A stretch of DNA of 64,000 nucleotides from an uncultured Bacteroidaceae bacterium (GTDB taxonomy: Bacteria > CAIWAD01): positions 133,726 to 197,725 of the forward strand of contig CAYFPS010000001.1 of NCBI GenBank assembly GCA_964345075.1, written 5' to 3'. The position numbers were made by a program, and so were the translations under genes. Of the stretch, positions 8,833 to 17,413 are shown piece after piece. The notes beneath the pieces are model-generated. The model made no database searches and was not told the DNA's origin. It saw only the letters and a program-made list of their open reading frames with translations. Each line of letters opens with the position of its first letter. Position 1 is the stretch's first letter.

Positions 8833-11319
8833 ATGAATCAAAGTATCTGGGTTCTTTTGCTTGCCCTTCAAGGAATGGCTGCCGTAATTCATGTGCCGGA
8901 GGACCAACCCACCGTTCAGCTGGGTCTTGATGCCACGGCCCCAGGTGATACGGTGCTTGTTGCGCGAGGCACCTACCAGGAGCTGCTCACAAGTCCCGAT
9001 CACAGCTTCACACTCATCTCGAACTTCCCATTTACTCAAGACTCGATGGATATTGTGGAGACGGTGTTGGACGGAGACTATGGAGGCTGCATTCTTTTCA
9101 TCGCATTGAATGATGGCGAAACGGCCAAAATTCAAGGCTTCACCTTTCAACACGGAATGGGAGCTTATGAAGGCAGCTATTATCGAATCACAGGGGGTGC
9201 GATTCAATTCTTCGTTCCTGTGTTGGAGGAACGTGCTTCGAATTTGGTCTTGATGGACTGTGTATTCCAAGAAAATAGTTCCGTTTCCGGCGCAAGTGTG
9301 ATTTACGTTGGGGGTGAGGGTCCATGGCCAGCTTATGGTTCAATGAACTTCTCACGGCTGCACTTTGAAGATTGCGAGGATCCCGAAGAATCCAATTATG
9401 CAAGCATTGAGATTCGCGCCCATTCTTCAGAACAGTTGTTTGAGGACTGGATATTTGATGCCGGCACATCTTCGGTTGATCCCGTTCGATTGAATCTGGA
9501 TCCGGACTCGCTCGTTGTCCGGCGGATTACACTGATCAACGGGAATGGAGGAGCTTTCGGTTGTACCATTGTACCCACTGTTGAACATGGTGCCCTGTTT
9601 GAGAATCTCCGAACGGCCTCGTTCAACGGATTGCTTGGAACACGAATCAGCATGGGTATAGGTGCATCAAACAGGGAAAACCGAGCAGCAATCTGCACGA
9701 TTCGCAACATAGAGGTGGATGGTACAGGGTGGGGCGGATTGTTTGTCAATGGGAGTGAGGCTGGACCAAGGCTCCATTTCGATGGCCTTCACCTGCACCA
9801 TATCACGGGGCCTGGGGTTCTAGGTGCTTTTGGAGGCGATGCAGGTGCTGCTTTACACGGAGAACTTCGAAACCTGCATGTGCATCACAATGTGGTGGGT
9901 GACAGTGTCAGTCTCTTCGGCAGTATTGTAGCAGAATTTGGGTTGAGTATCTACGATGCTCACATCCATGACAACACCGTGATCATTCCACCTCACCCGA
10001 ATCCAGGTGGAACAGGTGCTGGTGGGAATCATCTGGACGGACCGATCCTGTCGACCTTTGGGCCTCATGTGGATCAGGCTCTTCACTACGAAAACATCAC
10101 ACTGGAAAACAATACGGTGATTGATTTGGACGATTACAGTGATCCCTTTCCAGAACATGCATACAGGGAGAACATCGCACGTGAGTTTCATTTTGTGCTA
10201 GCTTGGGATGACACCACGTACGTGAAGAATATCACCATTCGCCATAGCAGACAGCCCAACCATTGCCCTGAGATCTACATTCCAGAAAACTTCGAGAAAA
10301 GCAATCCTGGTTATGTTATGGGGCAATATGCGCGGCATCTCGTTGCTGAGAATATCCTCCTTGAGGATTGTGACGATGGTGGTCTGCTGGCTGGAGGTGC
10401 ATCTGTTTCTCTGGACAATGTGGTCTTGAGAAATGTTGCTCGTGTCGGGCTTATCATGGGCGCAGGGATTGCCCGAAATGTGCTGATTGACGGAACAGTA
10501 GCGAAGGACGACTGGCTGCATCTTACACCAGGCTTTGAGAATCTGACGTACCAGGCCGCGATCTTCAAGACAGACGTTGCCAACGTCTTTGAAAACCTCA
10601 CCATCACGAATTGTGACAGCATGCGGGCTCTGATTCAGGAGCATTCGCTTAACGGGAGCCAGGCACTTGTGTTCCGCAATGCAATCATTGCAGGCAACAC
10701 GTACGACTACCTGTTCGAAGACATCGATGCCTCAAGAATCACCTGGGAGAACTGCTTTGTGCAGGAAGCCGTTGCTGGTGATGGGAACATCATCGGCCAG
10801 GATCCTCTGTTTGATCCAGAGTTTGGACCCCCTTTTCTATCACCAGAGTCACCCTGTATCGATGCTGGAAATCCAGAATCTGTCTACAACGATGTCGAAG
10901 ATGCTGACAATCCAGGTTGGGCCAGGTGGCCTTCCCAGGGCGGATTGCGAAATGACATAGGTTTTTTCGGTGGGCCGGGCGTGGACAGCCTGGCAGTCGA
11001 TTGGCTGCCTGTAATGCCCCAGGATCCTGTGATACAGCCAAAGCATTTTGTGCTTGGCGATCCTTACCCGAACCCCTTCAATCCTGTAACACGGATACCC
11101 TTCACACTTGAAAGCACCTCCCGTGTGACAATGCGAGTCTATAATCTACGAGGTCAGCTTGTCCGGCATGTGGGGTCATCGCTTTTTGGCGGCAGCTACT
11201 ACACGGCGGGCAGTCACGAGCTTGAGCTGGACGGTAGCCGATTGGCCAGCGGCGTGTATGTTGTGGAGATTCAGGCAGGGGAGCTTCGGGAAGTGCGGAA
11301 GGTTGTGCTGCTTAGATGA
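8833..11319 (+). CDS. Secreted right-handed beta-helix repeat protein with T9SS C-terminal sorting domain
   Basis: Signal peptide MNQSIWVLLLALQGMAAV. Beta-helix repeats (GNGGAFGCTI, IHDNTVII, LENNTVI). C-terminus DPYPNPFNPVTRIPFTLESTSRVTMRVYNLRGQLV...GVYVVEIQAGELREVRKVVLLR. Low-GC body. Confidence 0.75.
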   Translation: MNQSIWVLLLALQGMAAVIHVPEDQPTVQLGLDATAPGDTVLVARGTYQELLTSPDHSFTLISNFPFTQDSMDIVETVLDGDYGGCILFIALNDGETAKIQGFTFQHGMGAYEGSYYRITGGAIQFFVPVLEERASNLVLMDCVFQENSSVSGASVIYVGGEGPWPAYGSMNFSRLHFEDCEDPEESNYASIEIRAHSSEQLFEDWIFDAGTSSVDPVRLNLDPDSLVVRRITLINGNGGAFGCTIVPTVEHGALFENLRTASFNGLLGTRISMGIGASNRENRAAICTIRNIEVDGTGWGGLFVNGSEAGPRLHFDGLHLHHITGPGVLGAFGGDAGAALHGELRNLHVHHNVVGDSVSLFGSIVAEFGLSIYDAHIHDNTVIIPPHPNPGGTGAGGNHLDGPILSTFGPHVDQALHYENITLENNTVIDLDDYSDPFPEHAYRENIAREFHFVLAWDDTTYVKNITIRHSRQPNHCPEIYIPENFEKSNPGYVMGQYARHLVAENILLEDCDDGGLLAGGASVSLDNVVLRNVARVGLIMGAGIARNVLIDGTVAKDDWLHLTPGFENLTYQAAIFKTDVANVFENLTITNCDSMRALIQEHSLNGSQALVFRNAIIAGNTYDYLFEDIDASRITWENCFVQEAVAGDGNIIGQDPLFDPEFGPPFLSPESPCIDAGNPESVYNDVEDADNPGWARWPSQGGLRNDIGFFGGPGVDSLAVDWLPVMPQDPVIQPKHFVLGDPYPNPFNPVTRIPFTLESTSRVTMRVYNLRGQLVRHVGSSLFGGSYYTAGSHELELDGSRLASGVYVVEIQAGELREVRKVVLLR

Positions 11320-11562
11320 GCTTGTCCCTCTGCTAACAACTAGCTGCACTGTGTTCCCGGCTTGTCCCGGTCACGCGCCTTCGGCAAAGAGCAGCTGTCC
11401 ATAACGCTTAACAGTCAACCACTTCCCTTACAGGGCCTCGCCTTTTCTCCTCTTTCAGGCCCCGCAGAGCCTTTCGGCAATTGCGAAAAAGGGGAGATAT
11501 TTCCAATTTTTTAACAATTCAGTCTTGAACACGGACTGGCCGAAAGCGAAGGACTTGCCAGC

Positions 11563-12885
11563 ATGAGTGATGATCAGGTAAGGGTTGACGCAATTGTCGT
11601 GGGTGCCGGCCCGGCTGGGCTGGTCGCGGCGCTCACCATGGCCCGTCAGGGGCTTGAGGTCATTGTGGTTGAGCGCGGTGAAAGTGCTGGCTCAAAAAAT
11701 CTGGGCGGCCTGCTCTACGGCACCGTGCTGGAGGAACTGCTGCCCGGCTTTCACAAGGAGGCCCCTGTTGAGCGCGCCGTTGTCAGGCGCCGCGTCTGCT
11801 ATCTGGGCAAGGGCGACCAGTTCCATCTGGACTTCGGGCGCGAGGCCTGGGGTCAGGAGCCCTATAACCATACATGGACCGTTCATCGCAGCGCCTTTGA
11901 CCGCTGGCTTGCCGGCAAAGTCGAAGAAGAGGGCGTCGGCCTGGTTGAAGGCATGCTGGTGGAGGATCTGCTTTACGAGGGCGAAGGCCCGGCACGCAAG
12001 GCCTGCGGTGTAAAGCTGGCTGGTGATGAAGTCTTTCATGCGGATCTGGTAATTCTCGCCGATGGCGCGCACAGCCTGGTCACGAAAAAGGCTCGCCGCG
12101 AACTGGGAATTGAAGGCCCCGCGCCCCAGCACTTCGCCCTTGGGGTGAAGGAGACCATTTCGCTTCCCGCCAAAGTCATTGAAGACCGCTTTGCCCTGGA
12201 TGAAAAGACGGGTGCAGCCTTTGATTACATCGGTGCCCCTTTTGAAGGGCTGATTGGCGGCGGCTTCATTTACACGCAGAAGGAAACGGTTTCCATCGGC
12301 ATGGCAGCGCGGATTGACACGCTCAAGGATGCCGGACTGGAGCCACCGGAAGTCATGGAGCGCTTTCGCAGTCACCCCGAAATCCGTCACCTGCTAAAGG
12401 GCGGTGAGCTGCTGGAATACGGGGCGCACATGATTCCCGAAGGCGGGTTTGACTCCCTTGCGCCTTTCTGCGGTAACGGAGTAATGATCGCCGGCGATGC
12501 CGCCGGACTGGTCAATATGAGCCTTTACAAGGAAGGCACGAATCACGCCATGTTCTCCGGCAAGCTGGCGGGTGAATGCGCCGTAAAGGCAAAGTCCGCC
12601 GGTGACTTCAGCCGGCAGGGATTAAGCGCTTACGAGAGCGGCATGCTGGCCAGCGCGGCTGTAGCCGACCTGAAGAAGTACCGCGAACTGCCCAGACTGA
12701 TGGAAGAGCTGCCGGAGGTGCTTAACCAGTACCCCGAAAAGCTGGCACGGCTGCTGGCCGACTACTTCACCATCTCCTCCGAGCCCAAGGCTGTAACACA
12801 GGCCCGGGCACGGGGCGACTTTTTTAGTGGACTCTCGAAACTCAAGCTGGCGCGGGACCTCTTAAAAGCCCGCAAGCTGCTTTAG
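11563..12885 (+). CDS. fixC: FixC-type electron-transfer-flavoprotein:quinone oxidoreductase (FAD-dependent)
   Basis: IVVGAGPAGLVAALTMARQGLEVIVVERGE FAD-binding motif. About 440 aa. Followed by fixX-etfB-etfA. Confidence 0.85.
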   Translation: MSDDQVRVDAIVVGAGPAGLVAALTMARQGLEVIVVERGESAGSKNLGGLLYGTVLEELLPGFHKEAPVERAVVRRRVCYLGKGDQFHLDFGREAWGQEPYNHTWTVHRSAFDRWLAGKVEEEGVGLVEGMLVEDLLYEGEGPARKACGVKLAGDEVFHADLVILADGAHSLVTKKARRELGIEGPAPQHFALGVKETISLPAKVIEDRFALDEKTGAAFDYIGAPFEGLIGGGFIYTQKETVSIGMAARIDTLKDAGLEPPEVMERFRSHPEIRHLLKGGELLEYGAHMIPEGGFDSLAPFCGNGVMIAGDAAGLVNMSLYKEGTNHAMFSGKLAGECAVKAKSAGDFSRQGLSAYESGMLASAAVADLKKYRELPRLMEELPEVLNQYPEKLARLLADYFTISSEPKAVTQARARGDFFSGLSKLKLARDLLKARKLL

Positions 12886-12893
12886 GGGGAAAA

Positions 12894-13193
12894 ATGTCAG
12901 ATCTCTTTTCGATGAGTCTGGAAGACAAGCTTTACCGCACGCGCTACGAACCGGATAGCGATCATCCGCACATTGAAGTAGACAACAGCATCTGCACGGG
13001 CTGCACGGGCAAGCCCTGTGTCCTGCTCTGCCCCGCGCATGTCTACAAGAAGGATCCGGCGCGGGATGGTGAAGTGCTTGTATCACACGACAACTGCCTT
13101 GAGTGCGGCACCTGTGTGCAGGTTTGCCCCACCGAGTCACTCAAATGGAAATACCCCGAAGGCGGCATGGGTGTCAAGTATCGCTTTGGATAG
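12894..13193 (+). CDS. fixX: Ferredoxin-like protein FixX
   Basis: 99 aa with two Cys clusters, CTGCTGKPCVLLCP and CLECGTCVQVCP. Sits directly after fixC. Confidence 0.85.
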   Translation: MSDLFSMSLEDKLYRTRYEPDSDHPHIEVDNSICTGCTGKPCVLLCPAHVYKKDPARDGEVLVSHDNCLECGTCVQVCPTESLKWKYPEGGMGVKYRFG

Positions 13194-13220
13194 ACCCTGC
13201 CCCAAAAGCAAGGAACACAC

Positions 13221-13997
13221 ATGGCTCTGAACATGGTTGTGATCGCCCGCGAGATCTGGGACACGCGGGATCTGGCTGTTGATGTCGTGGATGACGGCGG
13301 CCAGTTGAAGCCCGGCACAATGAGTCGGCGCTATGACCCGGAAGACCTGAACGCCCTTGAGCAGGCCCTGCAGATCAAGGATAGCCAGGGAGGAACAGTA
13401 ACGCTTCTCTCCGTTGGTGCAGCAGCCGACACCGATGTCCTGCGCGAAGGCCTTTATCGCGGGGTGGACCGCGTGGTGCGCCTATTGCCTGCCGGTGATA
13501 CAGACACGGCCGGGCGAAGCGCCATGCTCGCTGCGGCAATTGCCAAGCTTGGTGATACACAGTTGATCCTGGCCGGCGTAACTGTTCCCGAAGGCGAGAA
13601 TTCGCTGCCGGGCGCGGAAATTGCCGGAAGGTTGAATCTGGATCACATCAGCTATGTGGACCGGCTGGAAGAGCTGAACGAGAGCAGCGTGCTCTGCAAG
13701 CGCGAGATTGAAATGGGCAGCGAGTACATTCGTGTTACACTGCCGGCCGTGCTCTCCATGGGCGTCTACCTGCTGAAGGACGATCCACGTACGCCGCGTT
13801 CCGCCAAGGCAATGCTCAAACTCAAAATGAAGAAGGCTCCCATTGAGGAGTGGAGCGAGGCCGATCTTGGGCTTTCCCCTGGGAAAAAGGTGAAGGTCGC
13901 CCGCATGACCGCCATTCCGCCGCGCAAGGTCGAGACCGTCGAGGTGGATCCGGAAAACGAAGCCGCGCTGAAGGCCATGCTTCAGGACATTCTGTAG
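13221..13997 (+). CDS. etfB: Electron transfer flavoprotein beta subunit (EtfB/FixA)
   Basis: 258 aa. MALNMVVIAREIWDTRDL... matches the EtfB family pattern. Operon context. Confidence 0.85.
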   Translation: MALNMVVIAREIWDTRDLAVDVVDDGGQLKPGTMSRRYDPEDLNALEQALQIKDSQGGTVTLLSVGAAADTDVLREGLYRGVDRVVRLLPAGDTDTAGRSAMLAAAIAKLGDTQLILAGVTVPEGENSLPGAEIAGRLNLDHISYVDRLEELNESSVLCKREIEMGSEYIRVTLPAVLSMGVYLLKDDPRTPRSAKAMLKLKMKKAPIEEWSEADLGLSPGKKVKVARMTAIPPRKVETVEVDPENEAALKAMLQDIL

Positions 13998-14006
13998 GAG
14001 ATCACG

Positions 14007-14945
14007 ATGACACGCATTCTTGTCTATATGGAACACGAAGGCGGCGTGGCTTCCGATGTCTCGCTGCAGCTTTTGGCCCTTGCCTGCAAACAGGATGGCG
14101 CGGAAGTCACGGCGCTCTGTGCTGCCGCCGAGCCCAGCGGGCTTGCGGCTCAGGCCCTGGCACACGGTGCGAATGAGGCCCTGGTCGTGGCCGATGCCAG
14201 TCTGGCCAGCTACCTGGGAAGACCTGTATCACAAGCAATGAAAGCCGCCATCGAGGAAACACAGCCTCGGCTGGTTCTGCTGCCTGCGGGAACAGTGGGC
14301 AATGACCTTGCCCCGCTCACGGCCGGGATGCTGGATGCCGCCTGCATGCTTGATGGCGACGGGCTTGAGCTTGACGGCTCTGTGACACGCGTATATCGCA
14401 CCGAATACGACGCCCGCGTGCGCGTGGCACTTGAGGCTGAAGGCCTTTGCTTTGTCACACTCAAGGATGGCATCTGCGAAAGCATGGAAGCGGCCGGTGG
14501 TGATACAAAGACCCTTGATGTGACAATTGATGCGGGCAGCGCCAGCGTCGAGTGCCGCGAAGTGGCCGCCAAGACAGTCAACCTGAAGGACGCTCCCGTG
14601 ATTGTGGGCGGCGGCGCTGGACTGGGCAATGCCGAAAACTTTGCTCTTCTCGAAAAGCTGGCCCGCAAGCTGGGCGGTGAACTGGGTGCCACCCGCGCCA
14701 GTGTCGATGCCGGCTGGATCAGCGCCGAGCGCCAGATTGGCCAGACCGGTGTCACGGTTCGGCCCGATCTCTATATCGCCTGCGGTATCAGCGGAGCCAT
14801 TCAGCATGTGGTCGGCATCCGTGATGCAAAGACCATTGTTGCCATCAACTCCGACGCGGGCGCGCCAATCTTCCGTGTATCACATTACAAGCTGGTGGGC
14901 GATCTCAACACAATCATCCCCAAGCTGCTTGAGCTGCTGGACTAG
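14007..14945 (+). CDS. etfA: Electron transfer flavoprotein alpha subunit (EtfA/FixB)
   Basis: 312 aa. C-terminal FAD-binding block PDLYIACGISGAIQHVVGIRDAKTIVAINSDAGAPIF. Confidence 0.85.
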   Translation: MTRILVYMEHEGGVASDVSLQLLALACKQDGAEVTALCAAAEPSGLAAQALAHGANEALVVADASLASYLGRPVSQAMKAAIEETQPRLVLLPAGTVGNDLAPLTAGMLDAACMLDGDGLELDGSVTRVYRTEYDARVRVALEAEGLCFVTLKDGICESMEAAGGDTKTLDVTIDAGSASVECREVAAKTVNLKDAPVIVGGGAGLGNAENFALLEKLARKLGGELGATRASVDAGWISAERQIGQTGVTVRPDLYIACGISGAIQHVVGIRDAKTIVAINSDAGAPIFRVSHYKLVGDLNTIIPKLLELLD

Positions 14946-14957
14946 AAAGGAACAGCC

Positions 14958-16652
14958 ATGGCTACCAGTGAAAATTTCTATCTGGACAATCAGGACTTGC
15001 GCTTTGTGCTCGAGGAAACTGTGGACTGGGCTTCCCTGCTCAAGCTGCGCGGTGATGTCGACGGGGCGGAGTCGCCCTTTGACAGTGTGGACGAGGCGCG
15101 CGAGGCTAACATCGACATGCTGACCGATCCCGTAGGCAGCTTGTCCGCTCAGCGCATTGCGCCCCGCGCCGAAGAGGTGGATCATCTGGGCTGCAGGCTC
15201 GAGAATGGTCAGGTTGTCTTTCCGGAGCCCATTCAGCGCAACATGGACGACCTGAAGGAAGCCCAGCTGATGGGCCTGACCATCGACCCGGCCTACGGCG
15301 GTCTGGGATTTTCCAAGACCTTCTATACTGCCGCCACCGAACTGATCAGTCGCGCCGATGCCAGCCTGATGAACTACTTCAGCCTGCAGGGCATTGCCGA
15401 GACCATCCAGCACTTTGCTGACGATGACATCAAAGAGCAGTACATCCCGGCCATGGCAACCGGTGAGCTTTCCGGCGCCATGGTGCTGACCGAGGCCGAT
15501 GCCGGCAGTGATCTGGGTGCTGTTCGCACCAAGTCGGAGCTGGAAGCCGAGCAGGATCCCGCCACCGGCGAATGGTTCATCACTGGTGCCAAGCGCTTTA
15601 TCACCAACGGCTGCGGTGATGTTCTGCTGGTGCTGGCCAGAAGCGAAGATCCTGCCAAGTACGGTGGCAGCCGCGGGCTTTCCTTCTTTGTAACACAGAA
15701 GAGCGAGCGCGTGCAGATTCGCCGCATTGAGGAGAAGCTGGGCATCCACGGAAGCCCAACCTGCGAGATCTATTTCGATCACGCGCCGGCCAGACTGATT
15801 GGTCGCCGTGGTCGTGGTCTGATCAAGTATACGGCCTGGCTGATGGCTGAAGCCCGTCTGGGAGTGGCCGCACAGTCGGTTGGCATCGGTGAGGCGGCAC
15901 TGCGTGAGGCGCGCATTTATGCCGATGAGCGCGAGCAGTTTGGCAAGCCGATTCGCGAACTGCCTGCAGTGGCCAGCATGCTGGCTGACATGCAGATGAT
16001 GACGGAAGCCTCGCGCGCCCTGCTCTACGATACGGCCTATTATGTGGATCTGAACGAGGCCGCCGAGAAGTTCGAGCGCAAGGACGAGATGAAAAAGTAT
16101 GGCCGGCTGGCTGACCTCTTGACGCCCATGGTCAAGTATTACGCCGCTGAACTTTGTAACACGGTCACCTATCAGGCGATTCAGGTGCATGGCGGCAATG
16201 GCTTCATGAAGGACTACCCGGTCGAGCGGCTCTACCGCGATGCTCGTATCACAAATATCTACGAAGGCACCAGCCAGATTCAGATCGAGTGGGCCATCAT
16301 GCGGCTGCTCCGTGGCGAGAGCGCCTCACTGCTGGATCCGAAGGAAAGCCAGTCCTTTGAGAACAGCGAGCTGACCGCCTTTGCCGATAGCCTGAAGCAG
16401 GCGCGGGCCGGGCTGGAAAAAGCCATCGTCCATGTCAAGGCTGGTGGTAACGAGCGCCGCGACCTTGAGGCCAGGCGGGTAGTGGACATGACCCTCGATC
16501 TCTATGTCGGCTGGCTGCTGCTGAAGCAGGCCTCGATCAAGGCCGAGAAGCTGAAGCTCGTGCGCCGCTACATGGCAACTGCCATGCCCCGTTTCCGCAT
16601 GAATCACGAAATGGTCATGGCCGGCCGCACGCTGGAGATGGAGCAGCTCTGA
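14958..16652 (+). CDS. Acyl-CoA dehydrogenase (long form with C-terminal extension)
   Basis: ACAD motifs (ITGAKRFITNG, YRDARITNIYEGTSQIQ). 564 aa. Start codon overlaps the etfA operon junction. Confidence 0.8.
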   Translation: MATSENFYLDNQDLRFVLEETVDWASLLKLRGDVDGAESPFDSVDEAREANIDMLTDPVGSLSAQRIAPRAEEVDHLGCRLENGQVVFPEPIQRNMDDLKEAQLMGLTIDPAYGGLGFSKTFYTAATELISRADASLMNYFSLQGIAETIQHFADDDIKEQYIPAMATGELSGAMVLTEADAGSDLGAVRTKSELEAEQDPATGEWFITGAKRFITNGCGDVLLVLARSEDPAKYGGSRGLSFFVTQKSERVQIRRIEEKLGIHGSPTCEIYFDHAPARLIGRRGRGLIKYTAWLMAEARLGVAAQSVGIGEAALREARIYADEREQFGKPIRELPAVASMLADMQMMTEASRALLYDTAYYVDLNEAAEKFERKDEMKKYGRLADLLTPMVKYYAAELCNTVTYQAIQVHGGNGFMKDYPVERLYRDARITNIYEGTSQIQIEWAIMRLLRGESASLLDPKESQSFENSELTAFADSLKQARAGLEKAIVHVKAGGNERRDLEARRVVDMTLDLYVGWLLLKQASIKAEKLKLVRRYMATAMPRFRMNHEMVMAGRTLEMEQL

Positions 16653-16676
16653 TCGCAGACTCAGATTCCAAGCAAA

Positions 16677-16706
16677 AGAGCGCCGGTGATGGCGCTCTTT
16701 TTTTGT
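16677..16706. terminator. Rho-independent terminator, bidirectional, between the convergent acd and DUF975 genes
   Basis: AGAGCGCC ggtgat GGCGCTCT gives a perfect 8-bp stem, followed by TTTTTTT. Confidence 0.7.
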
Positions 16707-16765
16707 GTAAGGCTGGGGTGACAAATCAACCTTCGCTGTTCCCGAGAGAGTTCCCGACAGCAAAA

Positions 16766-17374
16766 TCAAAAACGTCCACTCCCCTGGACAGCCACACCCC
16801 GCAAGTCCTCATAAAAGCAGGTCAAGCTGAGCCCCATGTAGGGAAAGACCCAGATCAGTCCGATGCCAAAGGTCAACATGCCCAGAATGAACCAGCCAAT
16901 GAAGCGGCAGGTGAGCAGGAAGAGCTTCATCCGGTTGCCCTGCATCATGCGCTTGGACTCTTCCATGGCTTCTGTTGCGCTAGCGGTGGGGTTGTCGGCC
17001 AGCACAAAGAAGGTCATGGCGTAGCCGTATGCGGCGATGATGCCAGGAATAATCAGCAAGAGTGACCAGAGGAAGACATAGAGGCCAACAAGCAGTCGCG
17101 CACCCAGCGCGTTGGAAAAGAACTGAAATCCGGAAAAGACCTGTGATACATCCGGGCTGTCCTGACGTAGAAAGCGCAGCTGAAAAATGTAGTAGCCCAG
17201 CATCAGCGGTCCGGAGATGATAATGGCTCCAATCCAGCCCAGAACTGGAATCACATTTCCTGCTGCAGCCACAAGCATGTACAAGAGGCAAGCGCCTATC
17301 GCAAGTCCCCAGCGCCCGCGCAAGGATTCCCGCGCCATTTGAGTGATCGCCGCATTGGGTGTGGTCGAAGTCAT
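16766..17374 (-). CDS. DUF975-family integral membrane protein
   Basis: Multi-pass hydrophobic profile. N-terminus ITQMARESLRGRWGLAIGACLLYMLV is typical of DUF975. Confidence 0.6.
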   Translation of the reverse strand: MTSTTPNAAITQMARESLRGRWGLAIGACLLYMLVAAAGNVIPVLGWIGAIIISGPLMLGYYIFQLRFLRQDSPDVSQVFSGFQFFSNALGARLLVGLYVFLWSLLLIIPGIIAAYGYAMTFFVLADNPTASATEAMEESKRMMQGNRMKLFLLTCRFIGWFILGMLTFGIGLIWVFPYMGLSLTCFYEDLRGVAVQGSGRF

Positions 17375-17413
17375 TTCAGGCTCCCGAATATTCTGTGATA
17401 CAAATGGATCGGC

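Noticed and set aside
11585-12390. 142-aa (+) and 232-aa (-) ORFs inside fixC
   Set aside because: Alternative-frame and antisense ORFs within a well-supported gene.
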